Assembly: GCA_900088475.1 (NCBI GenBank)
Contig: FLMG01000801.1
Span: forward strand, 1 to 43,669
Source of the DNA: Hyphochytrium catenoides
Taxonomy: Eukaryota; Protista; Hyphochytriomycota
Direction: 5' to 3'
DNA: 43,669 nucleotides
The notes under the pieces were generated by a model. It was given only the letters and a program-made list of their open reading frames with translations. It ran no database searches and was not told the origin of the DNA. Made by a program: the position numbers and the translations under genes. This document shows positions 1 to 10,559 of this stretch, in pieces; within the stretch, counting starts at the first letter, position 1; each line of letters begins with the position of its first letter.

Positions 1-3000
1 TTCCCCTGAACCGTCTGATGAGACCCTTACCGTGCCGACCACATCTTTGTAAGGCAATGTACGGCAGCATTTTCCCCGTAGTCGATGAAGGACCTCTGAT
101 GTTCTCTTTCTTTTCTACCAATGAACCTTTCGCTGCTGTTATCACTCTCTCGCCCTACAATGACCTCACTGACGGTCCTTGTTCTTTATTCTCCTGACAC
201 CTGACAAAAGGACTTTTAACAGTGAGGAGCCCTGGCGCTGTGGTGGATAAAGAAGACTGACTTCTCCTCTTGCGGGTAAGCAATGCCTGGCTCCTGCCTG
301 TCATAAAGCCCAGTCAAGCATCTTCGACGGTCGTGACTCACACTCCTCCCTCCCTCCTTCCTCATACCGATGTGAGAACGCATCAAGGCAGGAAGAGACG
401 AAGTGGCGGACGACCGGCGGGACTTCCTACTCCTCACCAGGAGCGTGGAGTGACTTGCCGTGTTCAAGAAGAGGGTTCTTAGGGAAGGAGGCGGCTGAGG
501 TGAGTCAGTGAGACAGACAGAGAGAGAAAATAGAGCGGGAGCTAATAAGTCGAGAGACAGAGTGTGAGGAGAGAGGCAGGAGTGGGCGGAATTGGATTGG
601 GAGAGATAATCAGTACACTCCCGCAATGTTAGCAAGGATGGCGAACGATAAGGATAGGTAGAGGTCAAGCCCTTCTAGCCGTTAACGGCTCCAATGAACC
701 AACTGTGGTAGGTTCTGATCCTATGATGGCCGTCGTAGTTGTATGACGGCTGTACAGGTGGCGTACAACGGTGTCCCTAGCTAACGGACGAACAGTAGAA
801 GTTCGAGACTCAGAAGCCACGCAGGCCTGGCAGCAGCAGCAATGATCGATTCGATGAATGAGGAGAGAAGAGAGTGATGAGCTAACAGCGCCGCAGCGAT
901 CATACTTCGTCTCTGTTTAGTGATGACAAAGAGAGAAGAAATATCCATAAACAACCCTGCTGACTGATGAGTGCTGCGAAGGATAAGGGTTGTCACTGCT
1001 CCCCATCATCATCATTATTATTTGAGGCGCTGAGCAGAGATGATGATTATAGAGTAAAAGATCAATAAATCTGCATCATCCTGCCGATTCACTGCTCCCT
1101 CATCGCGCCTAGGGAGGGCCTTGGTTGTGGTGGACACCACCACTGCTGGTGGTTGTCAAATACTACACCACCCTCCTTCACCCCCCCTGGCTGCTGGTTA
1201 TAAGAAGCCTTTTATAGTAGAACCATCTCCACTGCTTCCTTAATACTGTGCTAATTCGATCAAAGCTCACCGGTCGACATGGACAACTTTGTTTGTCAAG
1301 GAAGCCGCACCTTCTAAAGTGAGATTATCATCAGTCAACAGGCCTATCCGTCGTCCTTACTGTATGACTCTTCGAGCAGGGAAGAAACCATCATCCAACA
1401 GAAAGTACCCTACTATCTCGTATTTTATTATCCTCTTTCTTCGACTCAATCATCACAGCAGCCATAATCGCTTTCTTATTACTTATGGAAGACTCGCGTC
1501 TCCTCTGTGAACGAAGCAACGCTAGTAGGTCCGGCCACCAATCTCTGACCATGACGATAAAAAGAGGCCAGTAATTCAGAGTATATAGCACTACTTTGTT
1601 GTTGCCTGTGATTTCCAATTGGTCCAGAGATCGAGAAAAGCTGTGGTCCGAAAAGCGAGCCTCCTGCCTGATGCCATCACGCCTCATTGTTATCGTCTGA
1701 GAGTAAACTTTGGAAATAAAGAAGAAAGTAGACATGATACAAGAGTTGTTGAGGCTATCACAGTATATTCTACTTGATGTGGAGCGGAGGTAGGTGAAAG
1801 GATGAGACTGTATCGCGGAGCCTCACGGATGGATCAGTAGGCGGCCAAGCTTTCACCAGCGATATCAGCTCTATCACCACCCCGACAGTAAATCGAAATG
1901 ATGATGAAGGATGAGGTGGGTTGTTCCTTACCGAAGCCTGGCTAATCATCCCATCATCACCGCCTCTGCCGTCCTCCTCCTGCTCTCTTGGTCTTCGGCT
2001 TTGTTTGCGGTGTGAGCAGCGGGACTATTGTTAGGTGTTCTTTGTTTACTTGTTGTACTATTAATATAGACATAACCTCCACCAGCTAACAGAAAGCTCT
2101 ATCTTTTACCCATAATACTTCAAGCAGTAATGTTAGATGTTGGACGACGCTGCTACAATTGTTGGGGCTATGTGTGGTAGTTTAAAGAGCTCCTCCTTCG
2201 GGTGTAGTAGGGTAGGGGGAGATCAAATCCTTGCATGTTTATTCTCTCCCTGCTCAAGCCTATGTTTTTATTATTATGGCCCTCCTCCTGAAGATCATTA
2301 TCCATAATAAGCCGCATTGTGAAAAAAATGATATTTAACCAGCAGCGGCAAGAAGCAACACCACCGGTCACTGCCTTTTTCAGTCGCCGGGAAGTTGATT
2401 CTTGAGGCAGCACACATCAGGAGATAATAAAGAGCAACAGAATAGAGGTGTAATACTCATGAGAACAACCTGCTTCTGCAGGATGCTGGAGCAACAAGAA
2501 GGTCACCGCTGCTGAATAATGATTCTTTTTATTGTTTCATTGTCATTGGCTGCCCTGGCTTACTATTATCAACTTATTATGGTGGTTGTCGGCTACCCTT
2601 TTTTTTCCCGCTTATATGCATTACCTTCTTCTTGAATCAGTCCTCTTACTTACCCTCCACTACATCAAACAGTAGTGCAGCTTTGCTATTCAAATCTTTG
2701 TGTTCTTTGCTATGCTGCATCCTCAATGACTATTTGTTACTACAGATAAGAACAGCAGCGAACAGCCAACCATCATACAAGTGACATCATCCGGAGTGGG
2801 GCCACTCCTCCAGGGAAGGACTCGAACGTTTGCTTATGAAGTACTAAAGAAAGCTCCATTCTCCTTTGCTGTCAAACGAGGTCTATTGAGGCTTCTCGCT
2901 GCTTGTCGCTCTTTCTCACTTGTGGGTTCTCCCTCTGCATTTTTATCTCTATTGCTTGTTCAGCAGTCATACAAGCAAATGATCCATCTCCCTTCCTTCC

Positions 3001-5322
3001 TCTCGGGCGGCAGCCACATGAAATAGATTGCTGTTATTTCAACTTACTTTCTTGTAGCCCTTTTATGGAATCGAGCTGCCGACCACCATCATGGACTTAC
3101 TTCCTGCTGCTCATTTTTGTCATTATCGTTGGCCAGTCTAACGCCTTCCTCATGAAAGCCCCGTTTGTAATATTGACAAGAGGAGGAAGCAGCAGCAGCA
3201 CCCTCTGGTGGGGAGAGACGAATGACTTCACCTCGTCATCATAGTAACAATTCCTTGTAGTTGCTACAAGTATTGGGGGTACAGTACTGTAATGCAACCT
3301 GTCATCAATGGTGGGTCCTCTTCCCTGGGGAGCTCTATGATGTCCAACAGTCAGCGCTTAATTATGGTAGAAAATGTGTGGTCCTATTTGCAGTCAAAGG
3401 CTAGGCTGCTTTGATGGAAGATGTGGCCTGTCGCTTCTGTAGGTTTCAAAATGATCTTGTCTTCGAACCAGGAACTATCTACTGTACAGCATGGTCTGAT
3501 GGGTTCAGAAAGGAATCGTTCGAGGCTTACTGAGTACCACAGCCGAATGTCATAGAAATCGGTCATGCACATAAGCGCCCATCAAGGGAGATTTCCCTTC
3601 ACAGGCCTCGAGGAGTGGGTGGGCGATGGGAGAGGAAGCTTGTGAGGTGGAGTAGCCGTTGTTATGGATAAATAACACTCTTCGTCATCAAAGCGTCACC
3701 CCATTGGCTTGTCCAGTCAGCATCAAGGGATTCATCTTAGGGCAAGTGAACCTTTAGGCAATGTCGCATGTACATCTACAGAAAAGATAGACCAAAGCAA
3801 GAAGGTCGTCTTTGTAATAAGAACCTGGACAACTTTGAACAGATTGAATTTTTGAAGTCTAGAACTATTTGTGGTAGATTTTGGGAACAGTAGTACAACC
3901 TTTTCACTCGCACTTATTATTACGGACAAATAAAGGTACAACCAAGAATTACTGTACTGGCATTTTATGATGTGCCTCGTCTCCCCTATCCTTTGCTTCG
4001 ATCTTTATGGAAAAAAAGTTATTGTTCGGAGTCCTGTTAGACCATCAATAAGTACAGCGTTCAATAAGCGTTTAGTAAACAGGAATCGCGTAGAATTTTA
4101 CCCAATGTAGAAAGGACGCTTTGTACCCCCTGGAACACTTCGAATTCTCTTATCTATCTATGTAATAAATTTACAAAGAAGGAGGCAGCCTTGGATTGCC
4201 ATTTGCCTGTTGTCTCTTTTAGGGCCAACATACAAAGACCTGTCCACCCCCTCCTTGCCCCCCCAGATCCTTGATAAAACAGGCAAGGAACCAGGAACGA
4301 AACATATCAACAGGAAAAAGCAAGAAACAGCAATCTTTCGCTGTAGGAGCTCGACTCTTTTCTCGAAAGTTCATGATGTTCCCGTCTGAAAGCTTCGCGG
4401 CGTTTTGTTTTCAAGATAAAAAGGGCCTACAGTAGGGGTTACATATGAGGAGTAGTGGCCCGTCCCACCCCAGCTAAAAATACAGTAACCAGTTCCTTTG
4501 AGAAAGTTGGCCTTTCGCGAACAGCGATGTCGTAGGAGGAGCAGACATTAGGTGCACAGCCTCTGACTTAATGCGAAATTCTCAGGATCCACCACACAAT
4601 ACCAAAGGCCGGCTGCCCCCCACCCACTGTCGGCCTTTCTCTCCTCCCATAGCTTATTATCATCAATGTTCATTTCCCAAAGCTTGATCCCTCCTGCTTA
4701 TCAAAGGCTAGGCTCTTCTCCTCCTTCTGCCTCTGTTCCCCTTACCCCGTCGCGTCCTGTTATCGTCGCACCTCTTCTGTTCGCCCACGGCCACGTGCCC
4801 CATCCTTCCTTCATCTTCCTTTGATCTCCTCCCAAAGTCCCACGTTCCAGCCCACCTGACCGAGTTACGGTCAGGTCCACAGCCAGGGAGACAGACAGGC
4901 TGACAGGTCAACAACAACCAGCAGATCACACCTTTCTGAATCCATCGCTCCCACAGACACACAGAGGAAAACGGTGATGAGTGAGGAGGATGAACCCTTC
5001 AGAGGTGTGAACCAATTGCAGAGACCACAAGCAGTTCGTAGCAGGTAGGCAGCAGGGTCAGGAAGAGCATACACAAGGCGGGAAGCCCGCTGCTGCGCGT
5101 CGCCCTATTCTTTTCCCCCTCCCTGATCTTTGTGGCTGCCGGACAGCACGCTCAATCAGGCCTAGCTTATTGCCAACAACAGGGGCATCTCATCTGAGAC
5201 AGAGGTTTTTATTAGTAAGGGTGGAGCAGCATCGACCGCTGGAGTGAGAAGGTTTAGCTCTTTGCTGGACGCGACATAAGATCGCGAGAGGAAGAGGTGC
5301 AGGCAGGAGGAGCTCATTAATT

Positions 5323-8300
5323 ATGCTGATGAAGACGTCAAGCACCAATGACTTTGCTACAGAGCAAAGCTCCAGCTACTTGTCCATTGCTGCTAGGACC
5401 TCATCCATGCCTGCGACTACTTCTCCTGGCAATGCTTCGCCTGTACCCCCTCAGAGAGTCGCTTCCTGCCTGCATCGAGCCCTGAACGGGCAAACGCATC
5501 TAGCCGTACTGCTTCTGGACTCTGCAGGAAACATCGCCTACGCTAGTCCAAGCGCAAGTAAGCTCACTGGTTTTGAGGAAAAGGAGCTGCTGGGAAAAAA
5601 TTTTTGGGAGGAGCTTGTGGACTCCGCAAAGATCAGGATGCCGGTAAAGAAAGAGTATGGTCTTTTCTCAGGATCGTCTTCTCTCTTGGAAACCGAAGGA
5701 GAAGGAGATGGTCTAAAAATAGAAGCGAAAGGGGTTAAGAAGAAGGAGGACAGCACGGAGTCCTCTGCCTTTGCCATAACCTGGCTTCGAAGGAAAACGC
5801 TAAACGGATCGCTGTTGCCGGCGATGCTAAGCAGCTCCACGTATAGCCTTCCGCAGGACGATCTGGCAGTTCAGGAGAAAGCTGACGAAGCAGAGAAGTG
5901 TAATAGAGGCTCTCTCGTCGCATTACTTCCTCTAGATTCTGGCTTTGGCTCTCTCTCCCTTGCAGAAGAGGCATTCCAAGCCATTCAGAACTCTCACGGA
6001 GTGCTAGAGATTGACATTGGTGGCCGCATTCTGTGGGCAAACAAGAACATAGCGGGTTGGCTGGAGTATGAACCTGAGGATCTTGTTGGGTTGCTACACT
6101 GCTCCCTTGTCCCAGAAATAGAGAGAAACTCTTGCTATGCAGAGCTATGGAATAATCTTAGAATGGGTAAGTTCCAGACTGGCGAGTTCATGAGGTTGAC
6201 GAAGACAGGGAAAGAGGTGTGGGTGAAGGGCAGCTATAATCCCATCCGAGGCCCAAATGGAAACGTCGTGAAGGTTGTGAAGACGGCGCTGAATATTACA
6301 CATGAAAAGGAGGCAGCGCTCAACATGGAGCAACGGATCAAGGCCATAGACAAGTCAAGCTCTGTCATTGAGTTTGACCTTGACGGCAACATCCTCACAG
6401 CCAATGAGAACTATCTACACCTTATCAAATACTCGCTTCCGGAGATCATAGGCAAGCATCACTCTATTTTCGTCGAACCTGGCTACGCCCAGAGTGAGGA
6501 GTACCATCAGTTCTGGCAAGACCTGAAACATGGGGCATTCAAGAGCGGAGAGTTTGAAAGGTTGGCAAAAAATGGAGAGAGAGTTTGGATTCATGGCAGC
6601 TATAATCCTATAACGGACCTTCAGGGACGGCCATACAAGGTAGTGAAGTTTGCCTATGATGTGACTGAAAGAAAGCGAGCAGACGCGGCTGTTTCCAAAG
6701 CGCGGTTTGAAGCTGAGATTGCAAAGCAATCTGCCTCTATGAGGTCTCAATTCTTGGCCAATATGAGCCATGAGATTCGAACTCCAATGAATGGAGTTCT
6801 GGGGATGTGCAATCTGCTGGCTAGCACAGCGACAGAGGAGCAGAGGAAGTACATCGAAGTCATGCAAACTTGCGGTAAGGCAAAGGGGCGAATAAACCTG
6901 CTAGGCCCGCCAGTCTCTATATGTCATCATGTTGTCCCTTCTTGGATGTATCACTCTCTATTACCACGGTGTGGCGAATGTCCCTTTTGTCGGTTACTTC
7001 TGCCCCTCTATAAAAAACGCGTACCGTCAAACGCTGACCCTACTATCCCAATCGTTTGCTTCGCTTTTATCTCACTTTCGTCGTCTGCAGGGGATGAGCT
7101 ACTGAAGCTGATTGATGGGATTTTGGATTTATCGAAAGTCGACGCCGGGAAGATGGTACTAGAGCCTATTACCTTCAACCTTAAGGAGGCCATTGAAGAT
7201 ATCGTGATGCTCCTGCTGCCAAAGGCGATGGAGAAAGGAATATCCCTACGCTACGTAGACTCCGACTCTTCACTCCCATCCCAGGTGATCGCAGATGCTT
7301 CTCGGTTCAAGCAGATACTCACCAACTTAGTGGGCAACGCGGTAAAGTTCACAGAGAAGGGACGAGTAGCTATTTCGACTCGGACAACCAAGAGTGAAAC
7401 CAACGGAAGACTCAAGGTGGAGGTGTTTGTGATGGACACAGGGATTGGAATCCCACCTGTGGTGAAGGACAGAATATTCTCCACTTTCATTCAAGCTGAC
7501 CTCTCAACGACAAGGAAGTACGGAGGCAGCGGGTTGGGTTTGGCCATCTGCAAGTCTCTTTGCCAGCTGATGGGAGGTGATATCGCCGTCGATAGTGAAA
7601 TGGGCCAAGGCTCCACGTTCACATTCTCCATTTTAGTGGACGAGGTGGTGAGCAACGGAAAAGCAATTTTGAAGCCCAAGGTTGGAGGCTCCAAGCTTTT
7701 TGACCCGGACCTGGGCAGGCGGCATCCGCTAAGGGTACTAGTAGCCGAGGACGATGCGGTTAACCAACTAGTAGCAAAATCCTTTTTAGAGCGCTTTGGC
7801 TATCGTATGGACCTTGCGACTAATGGGTTGGAGGTTTTGAAGAAGGTCACGGAGCAGGAGTACGATATTATCTTTATGGACTGCCACATGCCTGAATTGG
7901 ATGGTTATGAAGCCACCAAGCGGCTGCGGAAGCTCTACGCCGGAGTTCCAGAACCTCCAAAGATTATAGCTATGACTGCGAGTGCTCTGCATGAGGATGT
8001 GAAGAGATGTTACGATAGCGGCATGGATGGCTTTGTAAGCAAGCCAGTGGATGTTAGAGAGCTCGCGGGTGTACTATCTACTTGCCCAAGGAGAAGGGAG
8101 TCCACGGCGGCTTACAAAAGCAACTCTGGGCGAGCACATGCTGAAGAACCTCAGGGTTCCAAGTCGCGGATAGAGAGCTCAGACCTCATGATCGAAGGAG
8201 GAAAGGGCAATTCTCCTATTCTAGACGAAGAAGCATTGCTCGCTCATGTGAATGGCCTGTACAAGGTTTTCGAAGAGGCTATTCAAGTTCTTATCGTCAA

Positions 8301-8583
8301 ACTTCCCTCTTACAGGGAGCGTATTCGGCTTGCGATTGACAAGCAGAATGCGCAGGAGTTGCGTATTTCCTCACATGCCCTGAAAGGAGCACTGTCCCAA
8401 TTTTTCGCGGAAGAAGCCCGAGAAGCAGCTGCAGAGATGGAAGAAGTAGCTGCAGGAGAGGCTTACTCTCCTTCTAGAGCTGAGTACTGCTTCCAGAGGC
8501 TTGAGCAAGCCATGGACCGTTTAAGGCCCGTCTTGGCAACGTGGCACACACGGTTAAGGGTTTTAGCAGAGGGCGAGGCGTGA
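5323..8583 (+). CDS. Hybrid (unorthodox) sensor histidine kinase: PAS + 2x PAS/PAC - HisKA - HATPase_c - receiver - HPt; exons 5323..6874 and 7091..8583 (~1014 aa spliced)
   Basis: H-box [19 protein letters not shown]; N-box [14 protein letters not shown]; G1 DTGIGI; G2 [11 protein letters not shown]. Receiver VLVAEDD...[14 protein letters not shown]...SKP; HPt SSHALKG. PAS motifs [18 protein letters not shown]...[10 protein letters not shown] 72-aa non-homologous insert inside HisKA is bounded by GTAAGG (6875) and TGCAG (7090). Confidence 0.93.
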   Translation: MLMKTSSTNDFATEQSSSYLSIAARTSSMPATTSPGNASPVPPQRVASCLHRALNGQTHLAVLLLDSAGNIAYASPSASKLTGFEEKELLGKNFWEELVDSAKIRMPVKKEYGLFSGSSSLLETEGEGDGLKIEAKGVKKKEDSTESSAFAITWLRRKTLNGSLLPAMLSSSTYSLPQDDLAVQEKADEAEKCNRGSLVALLPLDSGFGSLSLAEEAFQAIQNSHGVLEIDIGGRILWANKNIAGWLEYEPEDLVGLLHCSLVPEIERNSCYAELWNNLRMGKFQTGEFMRLTKTGKEVWVKGSYNPIRGPNGNVVKVVKTALNITHEKEAALNMEQRIKAIDKSSSVIEFDLDGNILTANENYLHLIKYSLPEIIGKHHSIFVEPGYAQSEEYHQFWQDLKHGAFKSGEFERLAKNGERVWIHGSYNPITDLQGRPYKVVKFAYDVTERKRADAAVSKARFEAEIAKQSASMRSQFLANMSHEIRTPMNGVLGMCNLLASTATEEQRKYIEVMQTCGKAKGRINLLGPPVSICHHVVPSWMYHSLLPRCGECPFCRLLLPLYKKRVPSNADPTIPIVCFAFISLSSSAGDELLKLIDGILDLSKVDAGKMVLEPITFNLKEAIEDIVMLLLPKAMEKGISLRYVDSDSSLPSQVIADASRFKQILTNLVGNAVKFTEKGRVAISTRTTKSETNGRLKVEVFVMDTGIGIPPVVKDRIFSTFIQADLSTTRKYGGSGLGLAICKSLCQLMGGDIAVDSEMGQGSTFTFSILVDEVVSNGKAILKPKVGGSKLFDPDLGRRHPLRVLVAEDDAVNQLVAKSFLERFGYRMDLATNGLEVLKKVTEQEYDIIFMDCHMPELDGYEATKRLRKLYAGVPEPPKIIAMTASALHEDVKRCYDSGMDGFVSKPVDVRELAGVLSTCPRRRESTAAYKSNSGRAHAEEPQGSKSRIESSDLMIEGGKGNSPILDEEALLAHVNGLYKVFEEAIQVLIVKLPSYRERIRLAIDKQNAQELRISSHALKGALSQFFAEEAREAAAEMEEVAAGEAYSPSRAEYCFQRLEQAMDRLRPVLATWHTRLRVLAEGEA
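6875..7090 (+). other. 216-nt spliceosomal intron (3n, no in-frame stop) in the histidine kinase gene
   Basis: G|GTAAGG donor, GCTGAC branch-like site, pyrimidine tract and CTGCAG| acceptor. Removal restores ...[22 protein letters not shown], the normal DHp helix 2. Confidence 0.88.
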
Positions 8584-9145
8584 GGTTGAGCGAAGGGCGC
8601 TGAGACACGTGACTAAGACAGGAAAGGAGGGAGGCGTGTCGTGGAGGTAGAGGATACCCGTCCCGCCTTAGGCCCGGGCGCAACAGTGGAAAAGGGCCAG
8701 TTTTGCTAGAGCCACGACTTTTTGTTAGATTCTTACCAGTAAAGAAGAGCGATCTAGATCGCATTGTGCGGACTCTTTTGCAGGCAGACACAAGGACGGC
8801 TACCATTCGTCTTGGCCTGTTTACTCCAATAAATCCACATGATATGCATTATGTTCAGGTACCGTTAGCAACAAGGAGCTCGGCTTCACCTAGTAGGGAT
8901 GCCAAAAGTCGGGCCGGTACATTTCCCTATGTCATTCAAAGCGGAGTCGACCAAAAAGTCACTCCTTAGACTGGACAGCCATAAAGGAGGTGAGAGAGAT
9001 GAAGCCAACAGCGCTTCGAGAAGTAATATTGAATCCTGGGTACAAGTCAGAGGACTGGTGACCTCAACGGACCAATTCAGGCGGCATTGGGAAGGTATTG
9101 GCTGTGATGACCAATTGACAATGCCATCTTTGAGTCTTTGGAGTG

Positions 9146-9873
9146 TCAGTCAAATTGTTGCCTGAGCTGCATCTCAGTCTCGCTCTTCCAGGTTCTGAAG
9201 TCACTTCCGATGCCCGCTTGACCTTTAACCCGCTGATTTTTCACTCGCTCTTTCGCGGTTTGGCGCTCCTTCGTCTTCCTATCCTCACTTTTGCTATCTG
9301 TTGACTGGGCTGCCAAAGAGCGGCCGGACGGTGATGAAAGAGGTGCAGCTTTCTTGGCTTCCATACCACCATTGACGAGCGCCACCTTTCTGGCCTTGGA
9401 GCCTGCGGAGTCGCCTGCTGGAGTCCACGCAGTTAGTGATCAGTGCTAGAAAAAGTGTTTGGTCTGTCCCCGTCACTGCCCTAGTCGTTCTCGACAGATA
9501 CTCCTGTTCCACTTTGGTTCTTACTTCTTCGTAGCAGCTTACCTTCTGTCCCGTCAGAGAGCCGCTTCTTGGATGGCGTTACAGCCTGAGCCCCACTTTC
9601 AGTGGCATAAAACTCTACCAAAAGGGGCTTTTTAGGTAGAAAGTCTGGCTTTACGGTCTCATCCGCTAGCAACTCTGAGGCGGATGGAAGGAGAAGTCTC
9701 TTGCTCACAGCGAGCTGTTTTCCGTTAGGTCCACCATCGACGGCGCCTTCTTTACTTTCTCCGTGAGACCTTAAGCGCTCATCTTCGCTATGTTCACTCG
9801 TAGCTTCTTCCTCTTCTTCATCCTCGGAGTCTGAGGCACCATAGCTGGCAAGCAACTGCAGTGGATTGGCCAT
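9146..9873 (-). CDS. Small conserved uncharacterized protein, 2 exons (9873..9543; 9417 or 9414..9146), ~200 aa
   Basis: N-terminal LLASYGASDSEDEEEEE motif. Phase-1 donor G|GTAAG at 9542, branch CTAAC at 9436..9432, and tandem CAGCAG acceptor in frame with the ORF ending KERVKNQRVKGQAGIGSDFRTWKSETEMQLRQQFD. I recall this C-terminus from uncharacterized plant/algal proteins (not verified). Confidence 0.75.
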
Positions 9874-10559
9874 ATTTCTCTCAGACTGTCACACCGTATG
9901 CCTTTGTCAAATTGAGATATGTCAGAAGTGGGTCGTCAACTCCTCTTATTGCCCCCGACCTGCGATTCGCAAGGTGTGGTCTCTTTCTAGCGTCGAATGT
10001 GCTGCTACAAATGTAGGGTTGTGATGCAAGACGAAGACCAAACGGACCAGGATGGCACCGGGAGGAGTTAGAGAGGGCCAAGCATGAGGAGAAGGAAAAG
10101 AGCCATACATATTTCTATGCAATGCCGACAGCAGAAGACTGCTGTCAGAGGAATCAAGAGCACAGGCGCTGGAAGGACCGGACCTCTTCAGAGCTTGATG
10201 AGTTGATGTTGACCTCTTGTCAAGATTGTGCAGTTAATCTTCGTCATATCGAAAGATGTCACATATCCCGTATACCACCCATTAAATGGCTTATTATTCC
10301 TAATGGTAACGTCCATATCAGGGAGGAGGAACGAAATCGTCCTGAAAAAGGATTCTTGAGCTTTGTTGAAGCTCCGTCTCCGATCATCTCCGCTCACCGT
10401 CGTCTGGCATAAGATTGAGAGAGACCTCAGACATGCTCCATCGCTGAGGACGTAGGTCAAGCCGGGCTCATAGAGAGAGTCTAGAGAACATCCAGCTCAA
10501 CATAAACGTAGCTGTCTGCTAAGTATCTGCAAGTTTGTCGAAGATCCATTATTCTAAGG

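Noticed and set aside
216-668. 150-aa minus ORF and 70-aa plus ORF at the left edge
   Set aside because: Non-ATG starts, low complexity, no motif. A terminal exon of a gene outside the window cannot be excluded but is unsupported.
677-690. Perfect 14-bp palindrome AGCCGTTAACGGCT
   Set aside because: About 43669/4^7, i.e. 2-3, such palindromes are expected by chance; no associated structure.
5323-8583. Reading the kinase as a single-exon 1086-aa prokaryotic gene or bacterial contamination
   Set aside because: A canonical spliceosomal intron interrupts HisKA, and the gene is contiguous with clearly eukaryotic intron-rich genes.
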